Virus record (IMG/VR): IMGVR_UViG_3300005825_000016
Length of the DNA stretch: 64,000 nucleotides
Origin: a virus
Direction: 5' to 3' (one strand)
Part shown: positions 10,801 through 18,112 of the stretch, one piece after another
How the letters are laid out: each line of letters begins with the position of its first letter
Position numbering within the stretch: position 1 is the first letter of the stretch
Position numbers and translations under genes: made by a program
The notes under the pieces: generated by a model
Databases searched by the model: none
The model's input: the letters and a program-made list of their open reading frames with translations, nothing else
Told to the model about the DNA's origin: nothing

Positions 10801-13426
10801 TTACGCTCATGAAACCAACAAGGGTTACATTCAAACTCGCCTTACTACGTCTCTTGATTCAGTGATGAAGTCAGTTATGGAATACGGCCCACCAGTGTGG
10901 TCTGGTGGAATCGTTCAGTCTGACGCAAAGATTGGCGGCTTTCTCGATATTCTCCAGCCAGTTATGGCGCAAATCGACCTGTGGGGCATGTACATGGCTG
11001 GAGTCAGGGCCAAGCGGTTACTTGCAGAGGGTCGAGAAAAACTTTTTAGCGAAGAACAGATCGACGCCATGGTTGCTCTTGGCGACAAGTATCCACAGTT
11101 TGCACGTGTTGCAGCGAAGTATGCGGAATTCAACAAGAAGATTCTTGACTTTGCTGAAGAGGCTGGCGTTATCAACCCGGATACCAGATCACTGTGGGAA
11201 AACGCCGACTATGTACCATTCTATCGCGTCGAGGATGAGAGGCTGGTAGGACCATTTTCTGGTGGGGCTGGTGTTGCGAACCAGCGGTCTCCGATCAAGC
11301 GACTGAAGGGTGGTGACGCTAATATCGGCAACGTCATTCACAACATCATGGTGAATATGACGAAGCTGGTTGATACGTCGATGAAAAACCAAGCCGCCCT
11401 TACCACGGTGGATGCACTACGTGGGTCTGGCATCGTGTCGAAGCAACCTATGACATTCTCGCAGCAGGTCATTCCACTGAATCAGGTGAAGAAGCTGCTA
11501 ATAGATCGCGGCATGAATCCAGAAACCATTCCGGTCGCGGCGCTTGAAGGTTTCCAGAAAATGTTCGCGGTGCAGCCGCCGGAAGGTCCGGGCGTGATCT
11601 CAATTCTGCGTGATGGCAAGAAGGAGTTCTATTACACGGATGATGATCTGCTGTACCGGGCGATGACCAACATTAATAAGAAGCACTGGGGTTCATGGAT
11701 GAATTTATTCCGTGCACCGAAGCGACTGTTGACGACAATGATCACGTTGGACCCCGGCTTCATGGCTGCGAACTATGTGCGTGACTCTTTGTCAGCTTTC
11801 GTTCTATCTCGCGATCATTTCATTCCTGTCGCATCAGGCATCAAGGGGTTTGGTCAGGCACTGGTTAAAGATAAGGCTATGCGTACCATGTTGTCTGCTG
11901 GTGCCGCATTCGAAAGCGGATACATCAATCAGTATGATCCGAAGTCAACTGATCGTGTGATCAAAGATGCTATGAAGAAAAAGACTTTCTCTCGCACGGT
12001 TCTGAATACGCCGAAGAAATTGTTCCAAGCATGGAAAGCGATTGGTTCAGCAACAGAGAACGCGAACCGTATGGCTGTATATAACGCAGCGATAGCGGCA
12101 GGTAAATCCGAGATGCAAGCTGTGTTCGAGGCCAAGGACTTAATGGACTTTTCCATGGGTGGAGATTGGCCTGCTGTCCAGTTCCTTATTCAGACTGTGC
12201 CGTTCATGGGCGCTCGTATGCAGGGTCTGCACCGACTTGGACGTGGGTTTGCTGAAAACCCAGCAGCCTTTCTGTTGAAGGGCACCATGGTTGGCATGGC
12301 TGGCATGGCGTTGTTTCTCACCTTCCGTGATGACGAGCGCTACAAAGAACTCGAAGAGTGGGACAAGGATACATACTTCCACTGGTGGATTGGCGACAAC
12401 CATTACCGTCTGCCGAAGCCGTTTGAGGTTGGTGCGATATTCAACACGATCCCTGAGCGGATCATGGAGTACGCAGCATCGAACGAGAAGGACGCACCGA
12501 AGCTGTTCTGGTCTCGCATGGGCCACATGTTCGGAGAGACGTTCAATATGAACCCTGTGCCGCAGACTCTTCGCCCGATGACGGAATCGTATTTCAACTA
12601 CAACTTCTTCGCAGGTCGATCTATCGTCAGCCCATACGAGGCTGATCGAATGGCACCTGAGCAGTACCGTTACTCAACCAGTCCAACCATGGTTGAACTT
12701 GGTCGCGCTCTACCTGCTGAGCTTGATGTTGCGAGCAGTAAAATCAGATCGCCGCTGCATCTTGCGAACCTCTTCTACGGCTATACAGGCACGCTCGGTA
12801 AGTATTTCCTGCTGGCATCGGATGCCGTGGTCAGGGATCAAATGGACTATCCGAATCCACCGGAGTTACGTAAGAGCGATTGGCCTGTGGTGAGTCGGTT
12901 CTTCCGTGGCAGTGAGCCGCGTCGCACCAAGTATGAAGAAGAGACCTATCGCCTGATCAAAAAGGTCAGCGAGATTCAAGGCTCTCTTCGCTTCCTTGAG
13001 AAGACAGAGCAAGAGGCTCGTTTCGAAGATATTCAGACTGAATGGGAGCCGTATATTCGAGTAGCGAAAGACCTTGAAGATGTTCGCGAAGATGTTAGTG
13101 ACATCAATGCTGCGATCATGAATATCTGGATGGACCCGGAAATGGACCCGAAGCAGAAGCGCATCGAAGTTGATTCGCTGCAAAAAGATAAGAACATGCT
13201 ATTTGAGCTTGGCTATGAATTGCGTCCGGGTGGTCCATTGAACACTGACGGTGAGCCTGTCACTCAGCAGATGATTAAAGAGCTGATTGATAACTTCGGT
13301 GTTGATGACCTGAGTGCAAAAGCGCTTGAGGGTAAAGCACCAGAAACGTTTGATTTGATCAGTGGAATAAACACACTTGGAACACGAGAGCTGCAACGTC
13401 TTGCTGAATACAGGGAGCAACAGTGA
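1802..13426 (+). CDS. giant polyvalent internal virion protein: GGDEF domain, zincin-like metallopeptidase, acidic tract, C-terminal LPD38
   Basis: 3874 aa. TDNLTGAQNRR...DVDSLAWVND...AAGDRLL...RLGGDEF (aa ~873-1005); LLHEMIGHYG...GEEMIAY (aa ~1438); RLPKPFEVG...NPVPQTLRP (aa ~3536, LPD38-type). Confidence 0.85.
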   Translation: MATTAEEVQRAIERARAAQDNDAVSTLEGYLKTLQPSQPAQPAGALPGNDDPIGQGVSGPALTKPQRERRISQLSYEHDQSLLGLPENHPQRPTKDEINQFRSKHVTSQTPDGRPVGVRDISKDVVRDPNTGEVRWAALSPDQIDSAEAKKKAREDTKRATGGALKFGTINPIGEFIDAKDKAIESRNITQQIIWEQMPSGEKSRIINRVREEHGDKAAIRFETDAGLFPSNEFKKLMDENPDNNKLLDTMEGDEWWEERKETVSRVLSKIGSAWNFGAPIPAFGADTPTGALTGKGKFEGIDYAGKDAPLYAGASEDIREWRSEAKSGGIGLYENVLKPLLTSKEGLTPGERVIKAAQTIKEEAYTAEQLKSSQKPFIPEGKTVTDMFSSDFWTDPNTKMPWNDWTGFYLTFMENAPQIAASVGVTRVAGGIGARHAAAANTGRRLQDIEAARKKYAGLYGVAGGGSTEGFLIHNNVAREVGQSLAEVPMEIWREDQTFNDLVAAGLNEEEAKQLLTQDAASAAGTTAFAVAGLAGGAPMGYMIGQSGAGRLASKATAGRVATAALGEPLQEGTQEVIEGEISDIAIAGIDPDNPIFSQENRRLERFAGGAFVTGPTGIGALATIEYGKPAGYQKADVEAATAAKTMMDAVNERYKLELKLSDPEYRTNTEPMVRLKNMQKLENLQRTEAETVLKSAKVLKGYLADNPSQTSKVEAKRLATMEMQANATLTDIAVARSRRQTVSEMAEEQENILMERAMIQQRVADDLISLEDINRQVANIEAVQNNEAVSEEAYEELVKEGYGRWTNQAQEKFVIKPKGKRALNLLNQQSRHLSTRIKQGYTGTDRRNPLNQMKRDLVDSAGPVEREQMLYTDNLTGAQNRRAFKERSADAKAVAAVDVDSLAWVNDHMTHAAGDRLLVTVADAIGSQNGVEVFRLGGDEFAVTGASQEALETALQAAAKVLQSSPIADAEQEVRPTITWGKGETYEAADKEAGSRKAERIQRGQVASRKDKPASWSARAQLGLFHWTGENANQKFFVQHAIQNGLQVGSEASFSIKQKVRRDGSALANQSTITITGRVAEVFKKENEIAIQTANGSKLYFTSRGWLKRTGKHKLSATEEPSLAYQVERSLQPVGTRPQKKAFNEWLANNPGKPIKEYTGPRVKFGGISNVGDASVRISSFTDVGENKGLFQLDKGAVFPHKWSQVSHLVKRGSSVEVLTPDGAEWGIVTKVKNAGRDGKRPRVTVNIDGRVFTFNPDRNHLITHGIDTADFVWITGWEEYSDPLYGALPQIVPDVQIGHVVNEGEIIADLYKESAVQKQQQLAWWTNDYPEWHPTVPYVPPLSKVSEDVRLEAEALKDYLTRGYSNLPEINMIYDLAETPETVRAQIIAEGASIHGVHGYMNHINPKDGIYIFVPNIYRGSKNNLESGITETLLHEMIGHYGVRGFFGNEAKLREMMNELVDAFPKVADARARHLKLNKAIPNHKQLLGEEMIAYLVGEHASGKVSLNKKQKGVIEKIISWIRQLLVRMRFIKGNEVDFWNDARVRRLVSRSYDFVRNGKGFEWTALTGEVIRFDTPLQMRDGDIFQQGVVTAITTATEKITTKQQKQKHAKQYGGVENVPQEVPMFPESASPNIYRLSLQTAVKAGYISKMEMKYSGLDESGSDYALLRDAKYNDIKSLMLATEEINPRDWYKNVLPFGLAKEVDALYETMDNSTMVGPLIPEARAEVYRGVIDQEAYNNATNRIQEIMDMPIDQKNATISKKILLAHAASNKALRINVIRQGGHPNLEYSTVAQILFGPDVDFDSLTDFQTEMIDAEKRRIKDRGPFIGYNEEQDRWLDWANSRHQYREYIPQGAKATNDYRVALVLQEGSHEMGSVPSAHWGVPHLMHIRTAVADIASIEGAPVLPPARNPEMEGKALSMIELQANWLQELRYAYTTPSMREDSARQYDFDKKTTVSLSMGFVTRLSEGLWDSVDKMLKPIYNAPTGALKQEYLEFIESRYGQPLEEMSEATKREAYTRFNDHKLTPIINKISEAKEIAKSFGAVRQTFMNDLPGLMDARVFDRLDTYAVSEVTERISDDLTNLISGLHRMIEAPTHQELVATVGEIKSRVTRNLHRLSGSSTISRLAFAKPKIVEMVGAVLEKLEFNDILDVAMEPLDAVERVAIRIPVEAINEYRDASKTRQDPSQIIMLNILSNSRLLDAGINPNGMHLQFDQETDPNYFEITAAGTKEHLTVLSEKLPNLIRTYVSSTGPVSFENWLSSTATSNARERNSSEVTWDEVKEEFGFTEVNLDDPSHDELSLLREHSVQTYEQFETYEFDDIMVDTVNSAFENMDWSEVYNDDGEGLWPGSTDFTERVEFDDDGDADTDNARQWLSDARESYRSNEMFDDDSLRDSAYDEIRERWDSSPAALILGVIPVEWDEDGEVTDSVAFRIAAQNYDDYYDVFINDEEVASEVNLNDAQQKAINEIRDYYNDRGIILPHESLFSPTEDIVPDNSNTDLDTDRVQPDWLSIANRIIDSSGVISLPPESGDKIFERMVSYEKAKEARRQKGIEERVITDTPLKDDSVWRPIALKYLLSDAVRRGFPAIIWNNGLASSKRGGNWGVEVARPVNRIVWTQETMTLRGETHDMIVIRTPDLPSPIVVDARRMIPILGRDLSTHIIGQINGKIPLQPEVQARGEIIEGEAAEVSLRDHFLLSTSPSGITSLHRRSDGGFVGLARGEDEVQALMESHMESHRPYLTRPAGWTEVEPDLLADINPLGSEIKMTGIVTEQSLGTKMRIIAGGRERDYHHTYAQAKQASARESYEGVMHRIWEKELKKYGATIQEAWVKGNIDDAWNKEGQPIKKIDTRSERIAVTHGKVSIEELRGETHGYIAMSERSGLLTERIFESYARASEWMEEWKDNNFGEEGGVIKVYYVAINDKIVEEFSGPVAPFHYDPTQDPVLKEAAEKIGYEDVSFRDRYNKWREAWRDKFNQGMFDRFHGIKRALSYAHETNKGYIQTRLTTSLDSVMKSVMEYGPPVWSGGIVQSDAKIGGFLDILQPVMAQIDLWGMYMAGVRAKRLLAEGREKLFSEEQIDAMVALGDKYPQFARVAAKYAEFNKKILDFAEEAGVINPDTRSLWENADYVPFYRVEDERLVGPFSGGAGVANQRSPIKRLKGGDANIGNVIHNIMVNMTKLVDTSMKNQAALTTVDALRGSGIVSKQPMTFSQQVIPLNQVKKLLIDRGMNPETIPVAALEGFQKMFAVQPPEGPGVISILRDGKKEFYYTDDDLLYRAMTNINKKHWGSWMNLFRAPKRLLTTMITLDPGFMAANYVRDSLSAFVLSRDHFIPVASGIKGFGQALVKDKAMRTMLSAGAAFESGYINQYDPKSTDRVIKDAMKKKTFSRTVLNTPKKLFQAWKAIGSATENANRMAVYNAAIAAGKSEMQAVFEAKDLMDFSMGGDWPAVQFLIQTVPFMGARMQGLHRLGRGFAENPAAFLLKGTMVGMAGMALFLTFRDDERYKELEEWDKDTYFHWWIGDNHYRLPKPFEVGAIFNTIPERIMEYAASNEKDAPKLFWSRMGHMFGETFNMNPVPQTLRPMTESYFNYNFFAGRSIVSPYEADRMAPEQYRYSTSPTMVELGRALPAELDVASSKIRSPLHLANLFYGYTGTLGKYFLLASDAVVRDQMDYPNPPELRKSDWPVVSRFFRGSEPRRTKYEEETYRLIKKVSEIQGSLRFLEKTEQEARFEDIQTEWEPYIRVAKDLEDVREDVSDINAAIMNIWMDPEMDPKQKRIEVDSLQKDKNMLFELGYELRPGGPLNTDGEPVTQQMIKELIDNFGVDDLSAKALEGKAPETFDLISGINTLGTRELQRLAEYREQQ

Positions 13427-13878
13427 GTAATTTAATTCTTATCAGGGATAGCTATGGCGACAAAGAGACGCTTGGTAAGCTGATTGCTGGCTCTGGAGTT
13501 TTTCACACTATTGAGAGACCGTGGGTTAAGGGTCCGACTCCGGGTGGAACTTCGTTTGAGTCGTGCATTCCAGATGGCACATACGAACTTGTGCCGCATA
13601 CCAGACCAGATGGGTCAAAGGTGGTCGCCTTGGTCAATCCAGCCCTTGGAGTTTGGTATCAGAAGGAAGATCGGCCCAATACGTGGGGAAGGTATCTCGT
13701 ATTGATCCATGCCGGGAACTACGTTGAAGATATCGTTGGGTGTATAGCACCGGGTATTGCCCGAACCATCTCAAGCAATCGCCGCATGGTGACCAGCTCT
13801 CGCGCTGCAATGGATGCAATTCAAGTGCAGGGGTATAGCTCAATAACGATTAAGCCAACGGATGGAGCACACGATTGA
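13423..13878 (+). CDS. DUF5675 family protein, probable cell-wall enzyme of the lysis cassette
   Basis: TIERPW...SCIPDGTY...LIHAGN...GCI motifs; first gene of the holin/spanin cluster. Confidence 0.7.
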   Translation: MSNLILIRDSYGDKETLGKLIAGSGVFHTIERPWVKGPTPGGTSFESCIPDGTYELVPHTRPDGSKVVALVNPALGVWYQKEDRPNTWGRYLVLIHAGNYVEDIVGCIAPGIARTISSNRRMVTSSRAAMDAIQVQGYSSITIKPTDGAHD

Positions 13879-14102
13879 TGGCCTCTTCAACCCAAAAGCA
13901 CGACCTACTTTCCAGAAAATTTTTGACAACCAACTATGCCATGAGCCTTGGTGCTGGAATTACGGTCCTGTCAATGTACTCAAGTCCACCGGAAGGGTTC
14001 TTCACCGGCCTTGCCGGTCTGTATATACTGCTCGCAGCTGGTATCGCTGCATACAACTGGAGTAATCTCCGCGAGAGCCAAAATGGGAGCGCACCAAAGT
14101 GA
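13875..14102 (+). CDS. small membrane protein, holin candidate
   Basis: 75 aa, two hydrophobic segments, within the lysis cassette. Confidence 0.45.
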   Translation: MMASSTQKHDLLSRKFLTTNYAMSLGAGITVLSMYSSPPEGFFTGLAGLYILLAAGIAAYNWSNLRESQNGSAPK

Positions 14103-14350
14103 GTGAAGCTGTAATTATATTTTTTGCAGCCCAGACTGTATCGGTCATTGGGTCAGTTTTCATTGCATACATGAAGACACAAGTGACCATTGCTGAATTA
14201 AAATCGCAAAGCCTATCCATTCAGGTCATGGTTGACAGCTTAAGGCTTGACTACAAGTCTCTTAATGAGAAAGTTGATGGCATCAGTCGCCACGTTGCGC
14301 TCATAGAGGGTATGGAAATGGAAAAGGCCAAAAGGGAGCATACCGCATGA
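14099..14350 (+). CDS. single-TM coiled-coil protein, holin/antiholin candidate
   Basis: N-terminal TM followed by heptad-like coiled coil; stop/start overlaps with both neighbours. Confidence 0.45.
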   Translation: MSEAVIIFFAAQTVSVIGSVFIAYMKTQVTIAELKSQSLSIQVMVDSLRLDYKSLNEKVDGISRHVALIEGMEMEKAKREHTA

Positions 14351-14784
14351 ATCCTTACCTGATTGGTGGGACGGCAATCCTTGTCATTATCTTGAGCGTC
14401 CTGCTGAAGAACTCCTACGAGCGTACTGGTGAGCTTGAAGCGTTGCTGAAAACACAGGCCGCAGAAACCATTGAGTGCGCCGATGCAAACGACAGCAGCC
14501 TGACCGCGATTGCACAGTTGGAATCGACCATCAACAGGATGGTTGAAGATCGTCGCGTCGATGCTGAGCGTCGTGAGCAGATACTGGTTGAGCGGGAGCG
14601 GGAGCTTGCTGCCGCAATACAGCGTGCAGACTTACTTGAGGAAGAGCGAAATGATGAGATTAATCAGAACCCGGACTGCGCAGACCTTGCTTCGCTTAGT
14701 GTGGATTTCTTCTGCCCTACTACTGGTAGCATCCTGCGCGAGCGATCCAGAAGTCAGGGTGGTCACAGAGACACAAACGATTGA
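14347..14784 (+). CDS. i-spanin (Rz-like)
   Basis: N-terminal TM anchor, long coiled coil, two C-terminal Cys, overlapped by a lipoprotein ORF. Confidence 0.7.
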   Translation: MNPYLIGGTAILVIILSVLLKNSYERTGELEALLKTQAAETIECADANDSSLTAIAQLESTINRMVEDRRVDAERREQILVERERELAAAIQRADLLEEERNDEINQNPDCADLASLSVDFFCPTTGSILRERSRSQGGHRDTND

Positions 14785-14986
14785 GGTTCCGGTCGAGGTT
14801 ACCAAGCCTCTGCCGAAGACCCTGACAGACCCGATAGTTTACCCACCGGGGCTGTCAGAGAAGTTTACGGTTGATGATTTGATCGACCTGTCGTTCGCCC
14901 TGTACGACAAACTCGATCTGGCAAATACTGATCGGGCCAAGGCCGCTGAGCTTACGCAGCCACAGGCTTCTCCAGATACTCCGTAG
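14651..14986 (+). CDS. o-spanin (Rz1-like lipoprotein)
   Basis: Start moved to ATG 14651: signal peptide MMRLIR...LLLVASC with lipobox, Pro-rich mature part, overlapping the i-spanin 3' end in another frame. Confidence 0.7.
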   Translation: MMRLIRTRTAQTLLRLVWISSALLLVASCASDPEVRVVTETQTIEVPVEVTKPLPKTLTDPIVYPPGLSEKFTVDDLIDLSFALYDKLDLANTDRAKAAELTQPQASPDTP

Positions 14987-15131
14987 TAGTCGAGATGATC
15001 GAGTCACCGTGGACAGGGCACCTAATAAAGGTTGGCTGTTCCACGTGAAACGTTCGCACGCACGCGCAACCAAAAGCGATGTGAATCACCTGATCGTACA
15101 TGGGCGAAATTTTCTCAGTAACAGTGTTCAT
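14952..15131 (-). CDS. small Cys/His-containing hypothetical protein
   Basis: FGCACVRTFH...CPVHG possible Zn ribbon; last gene of the leftward block. Confidence 0.4.
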   Translation of the reverse strand: MNTVTEKISPMYDQVIHIAFGCACVRTFHVEQPTFIRCPVHGDSIISTTTEYLEKPVAA

Positions 15132-15179
15132 GTTCACACTTTATGTGAACCTTTTCACACTTGCAAGTGAAGTTAGGCC

Positions 15180-15365
15180 ATGATAGCCATCATGCTACTG
15201 ATCATTACCTACACATTCTTTGTCTCGAACCCCGCAATTGCTGCTGTGGCGCTCTATGGTGCGGCTGTAGCCGCGAAGTCATGGACGGCTGAGGATGAGG
15301 ATGCCGTCGCCATGTTTTTCTTCTACGGCGCTCTCATTGGCTGTGGGCTGGTTTGGTGGAGTTGA
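15180..15365 (+). CDS. small hydrophobic membrane protein (possible)
   Basis: 61 aa, almost entirely hydrophobic; divergent from 15131 across palindromic sites. Confidence 0.35.
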   Translation: MIAIMLLIITYTFFVSNPAIAAVALYGAAVAAKSWTAEDEDAVAMFFFYGALIGCGLVWWS

Positions 15366-15567
15366 ATAGGTCAGGCATTACCCTCTCCCGGTCCTGAGCT
15401 GCCTTGAGCTTGGCGATCAATACTTTTTGACCCTGTTCTTGCAAGAACCTATATAGCTCTTCCAGAGCGGCTTCCTGTTGCGTCAGGTCACGTCTTTCCC
15501 TGATCTGAAGAACGGCTCCCTGAATGATGTTATCGAGATGAATAAAGTCAGTCACTGTTTTCTCCAT
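15334..15567 (-). CDS. hypothetical protein
   Basis: 77 aa ORF in the tightly packed leftward operon. Confidence 0.5.
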   Translation of the reverse strand: MEKTVTDFIHLDNIIQGAVLQIRERRDLTQQEAALEELYRFLQEQGQKVLIAKLKAAQDRERVMPDLFNSTKPAHSQ

Positions 15568-15853
15568 TTTTACGAAGATTGCATCCTTCCAGTTTTTGAA
15601 CTGGGAACATAAAGTCTCTTCGTTCGCCGTCTTTGGTGAAGCGATGCAAGGTAATTACATTCGCACCCTTTGGAACTGTTGGCTTGATTGTTACGAACTC
15701 GCCCTTTACTGAACTGATAGTGCAGACCCAAACGTAATTGTCAGGGTCTGCTCTACCATGCTTGGCTAAATCAATTGTCTTGAATAGAGTTATCATAGCC
15801 CAGCAAGCAGCAAAGCCGAGTGACATTAGAATGATTGCAAGAAGTCTCAACAT
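15548..15853 (-). CDS. hypothetical membrane-anchored protein
   Basis: N-terminal TM; ATG 15853 overlaps the upstream stop. Confidence 0.5.
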   Translation of the reverse strand: MLRLLAIILMSLGFAACWAMITLFKTIDLAKHGRADPDNYVWVCTISSVKGEFVTIKPTVPKGANVITLHRFTKDGERRDFMFPVQKLEGCNLRKNGENSD

Positions 15854-16392
15854 GACACGTACAGTCTTTGGCAATTGTAGTTTGCGATTGGATTGCGGTG
15901 TGTTATCTCACCATAATCATGCTTGATATAGCTGTGCATCAGCTCAACGTCATCTGCTGCTACTTTCTTCATGCCAGAAACGAACCATGCATTTGATTCA
16001 TCAACGGCGTGCTGTTGAGCCAGCGGTAATCCCATCAGCTTCGCTTCAGCAACTTCACTGATAAACATCCCAGTGAAGAATCCTTTCAGCTTGTTGTACT
16101 TCACGTATTGATCAGCATTGCACCAGATGAAAATAGAATTGTCTTTCTCTGCCAGAACCGATGCACACGAATCGTCAATGATGTGGCCCCAACCAAACGG
16201 GAAGTTACCAATTGAAAGTAAACCGTTCGGTGTGCCATGGCCGAGCATCATTACCTGATCGTGTTCTTTGATCATGTCTTTTATTTCGTCTCGTGTTGCT
16301 CCACCAGTGACGACTGTCGCATTGAGGCCGTCATAGATGGGGCACAAGAAGTCTGTTGTTTTATCTTTTGGGTGAATCACTAATCTCTTCAT
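15847..16392 (-). CDS. putative clan CD (caspase/gingipain-like) cysteine protease
   Basis: MMLGHG ... FIWCNA His/Cys dyad pattern; ATGA overlap with the upstream gene. Confidence 0.4.
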   Translation of the reverse strand: MKRLVIHPKDKTTDFLCPIYDGLNATVVTGGATRDEIKDMIKEHDQVMMLGHGTPNGLLSIGNFPFGWGHIIDDSCASVLAEKDNSIFIWCNADQYVKYNKLKGFFTGMFISEVAEAKLMGLPLAQQHAVDESNAWFVSGMKKVAADDVELMHSYIKHDYGEITHRNPIANYNCQRLYVSC

Positions 16393-16820
16393 GATGGTGC
16401 GCTCCAATATCCATATACGCAGCGTTTGCCATCTCGATCTTCCTGAAAGGTATCGTGAACAACTCCGTCGATGACGGCGCAGTAATGTCTTGACACGCTC
16501 AATATGATCGTTCCTGTTGGCAGTTCTTCTGCTCTCATGTGAACCGTACAGCCGCTACCGATGTGCATTGTCGGTGTCCACTTCCAATTAAGGTGGTCCA
16601 TGATCTTTTTCATGGTTGATGAATAAACACCAGTGCGTGGATGAGACTTTGATTTCTTGCGCTTTCCGGTTCGCTCCTTTGCGCCAAACTGAAGTACTAG
16701 ATCATAGACTTCTTGGTATGGCATCCCTGTCGCAATGGCAATTGCACGAACAGCACAATCACCAGTGCGACCTTTGTATCCAGCGGCCTCTCGGCCACCA
16801 TCGTTAAACTTGAATTCCAT
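16389..16820 (-). CDS. putative papain-fold (C39-like) protein
   Basis: GDCAVRAIAIA ... HYCAVIDGVVHDT (Cys-His-Asp order); SD GGGAG. Confidence 0.45.
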   Translation of the reverse strand: MEFKFNDGGREAAGYKGRTGDCAVRAIAIATGMPYQEVYDLVLQFGAKERTGKRKKSKSHPRTGVYSSTMKKIMDHLNWKWTPTMHIGSGCTVHMRAEELPTGTIILSVSRHYCAVIDGVVHDTFQEDRDGKRCVYGYWSAPS

Positions 16821-16847
16821 GATGCTTCTCCCAAAGCTGAAAGAATC

Positions 16848-16886
16848 ATCATATCACACTCAGTGTGAAAAAGATAGCACTAAGTG
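16848..16886 (-). promoter_or_regulatory. extended -10 promoter with two CACTNAGTG operators
   Basis: TGn-TATGAT on the minus strand (16848-16853); operators at 16857-16865 and 16878-16886, 21 bp apart. Confidence 0.6.
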
Positions 16887-16890
16887 TTAA

Positions 16891-17316
16891 TTAAAAAGGA
16901 ATGTCATCATCGAAGTCTGGCTGATGCTGTGGTGGTGAAGATGACGGCTTTGCTTGACTTTGTGGAGCGTTACCATCACGAGGTGAGCCAAGGAACTGCA
17001 CGGTGTCGGCTCGTACCTTCGTGGTGTATCGCTCAACGCCTTCCTTGTCATTCCATTTGTCGGTCTGGAGCTTGCCTTCGACGTAGCATTGCTTACCTTT
17101 GGTCAGGTATTTGGCGCACGCTTCGGCGGCATTACCCCATACTTCAACGCGAACCCATTCGGTACGTTCCTTTGTTTCGCCTGTCTGCTTATCTTTCCAT
17201 GATTCACTTACTGCGACACTGAAGTTTGCAACCATGGCCCCTGATGGCAGGTAGCGTGTATCAGGGTCATTGCCGAGGTTACCAATGATGATTACTTTAT
17301 TGATTCCGCGTGACAT
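16891..17316 (-). CDS. ssb: single-stranded DNA-binding protein
   Basis: [18 protein letters not shown]...[10 protein letters not shown]...DFDDDIPF. Confidence 0.97.
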   Translation of the reverse strand: MSRGINKVIIIGNLGNDPDTRYLPSGAMVANFSVAVSESWKDKQTGETKERTEWVRVEVWGNAAEACAKYLTKGKQCYVEGKLQTDKWNDKEGVERYTTKVRADTVQFLGSPRDGNAPQSQAKPSSSPPQHQPDFDDDIPF

Positions 17317-17588
17317 TATTTTACTCTCCGTAGGCTATCTTTTGTTCGCTCAACTGCGCATACAACTTTGTCGCAGTAGTCACATCTCATTACATCTCTC
17401 CCGCCAATAGCGGGAACGAATCGTCCTGATGGCGCGTGAAATCCACACGCGCACTTCAGCTTTCGATAGGTGATGCGAAAGCCTCTGCTGGATTTATTAA
17501 ACACACCGACGATTATCCATCCAAGTGCAAGTCCGAAAGCGATTGCGAGTGTTATTACTACTGGGTCTTTATTCATTCTGCACTCCAC
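17316..17588 (-). CDS. hypothetical membrane-anchored Zn-finger protein
   Basis: N-terminal TM, CACG...CDYC. Confidence 0.5.
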   Translation of the reverse strand: MECRMNKDPVVITLAIAFGLALGWIIVGVFNKSSRGFRITYRKLKCACGFHAPSGRFVPAIGGRDVMRCDYCDKVVCAVERTKDSLRRVK

Positions 17589-17760
17589 GTAATTTTACGA
17601 GTGGATGATCGCCAACTACCAGTAATGCAATCATCGCTAAGAAGGGGCTAATTAGAAATGCCAAAACCAACCAGCCGAAAATGCTGCGAGTACGTGAGTG
17701 CGCCATATAGCCAACAGCCCACATAAAAAACAGCCAGCAAAAGATGACATAGAATTCCAT
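17569..17760 (-). CDS. small two-TM membrane protein
   Basis: AHSRTRSIFGWLVLAFLISP pattern typical of small phage membrane proteins. Confidence 0.55.
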   Translation of the reverse strand: MEFYVIFCWLFFMWAVGYMAHSRTRSIFGWLVLAFLISPFLAMIALLVVGDHPLVKLRGVQNE

Positions 17761-17951
17761 TACTTGTGAACCTCTACGCACTTTCCAATGATGCCGTATT
17801 TGTAGTCAGTTGCTTTTGGGTTTGGCGCAGTGAAACTTTCCAATGCGATTTCGCATGACTTCATAGTTAGCCAGCCATCCCATTCAATGGGCTGAGTAAC
17901 TGCACCAGTTGAACTTATTACCCACCATACCAATACAATTTTCGTCATCAC
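17760..17951 (-). CDS. small secreted/hypothetical protein
   Basis: 63 aa, hydrophobic N-terminus, two Cys. Confidence 0.45.
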   Translation of the reverse strand: MMTKIVLVWWVISSTGAVTQPIEWDGWLTMKSCEIALESFTAPNPKATDYKYGIIGKCVEVHK

Positions 17952-18112
17952 TTTCTCCTGAATAGGTCTTTGATGTCAGTGTTCCACCATTTCTTTTTTC
18001 TTTTGCCGAGCCTGTAGTGCTCATACTCCCATGTGAGATACCACAGCCAGAAGTAGGTGCCTGCTCCGATTGCAAGCAGTCCAAGTGCTTCAGTACAAGT
18101 GATTGCACTCAT
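17948..18112 (-). CDS. small membrane-anchored protein (54 aa, not in ORF track)
   Basis: MSAITCTEALGLLAIGAGTYFWLWYLTWEY...KRKKKWW; start and stop overlap both neighbours. Confidence 0.55.
   Translation of the reverse strand: MSAITCTEALGLLAIGAGTYFWLWYLTWEYEHYRLGKRKKKWWNTDIKDLFRRK

Noticed and set aside
665-13420. Numerous antisense and alternate-frame ORFs inside long genes (also throughout 40-63 kb)
   Set aside because: Fully nested in well-supported CDSs, with no motifs or RBS; treated as shadow ORFs
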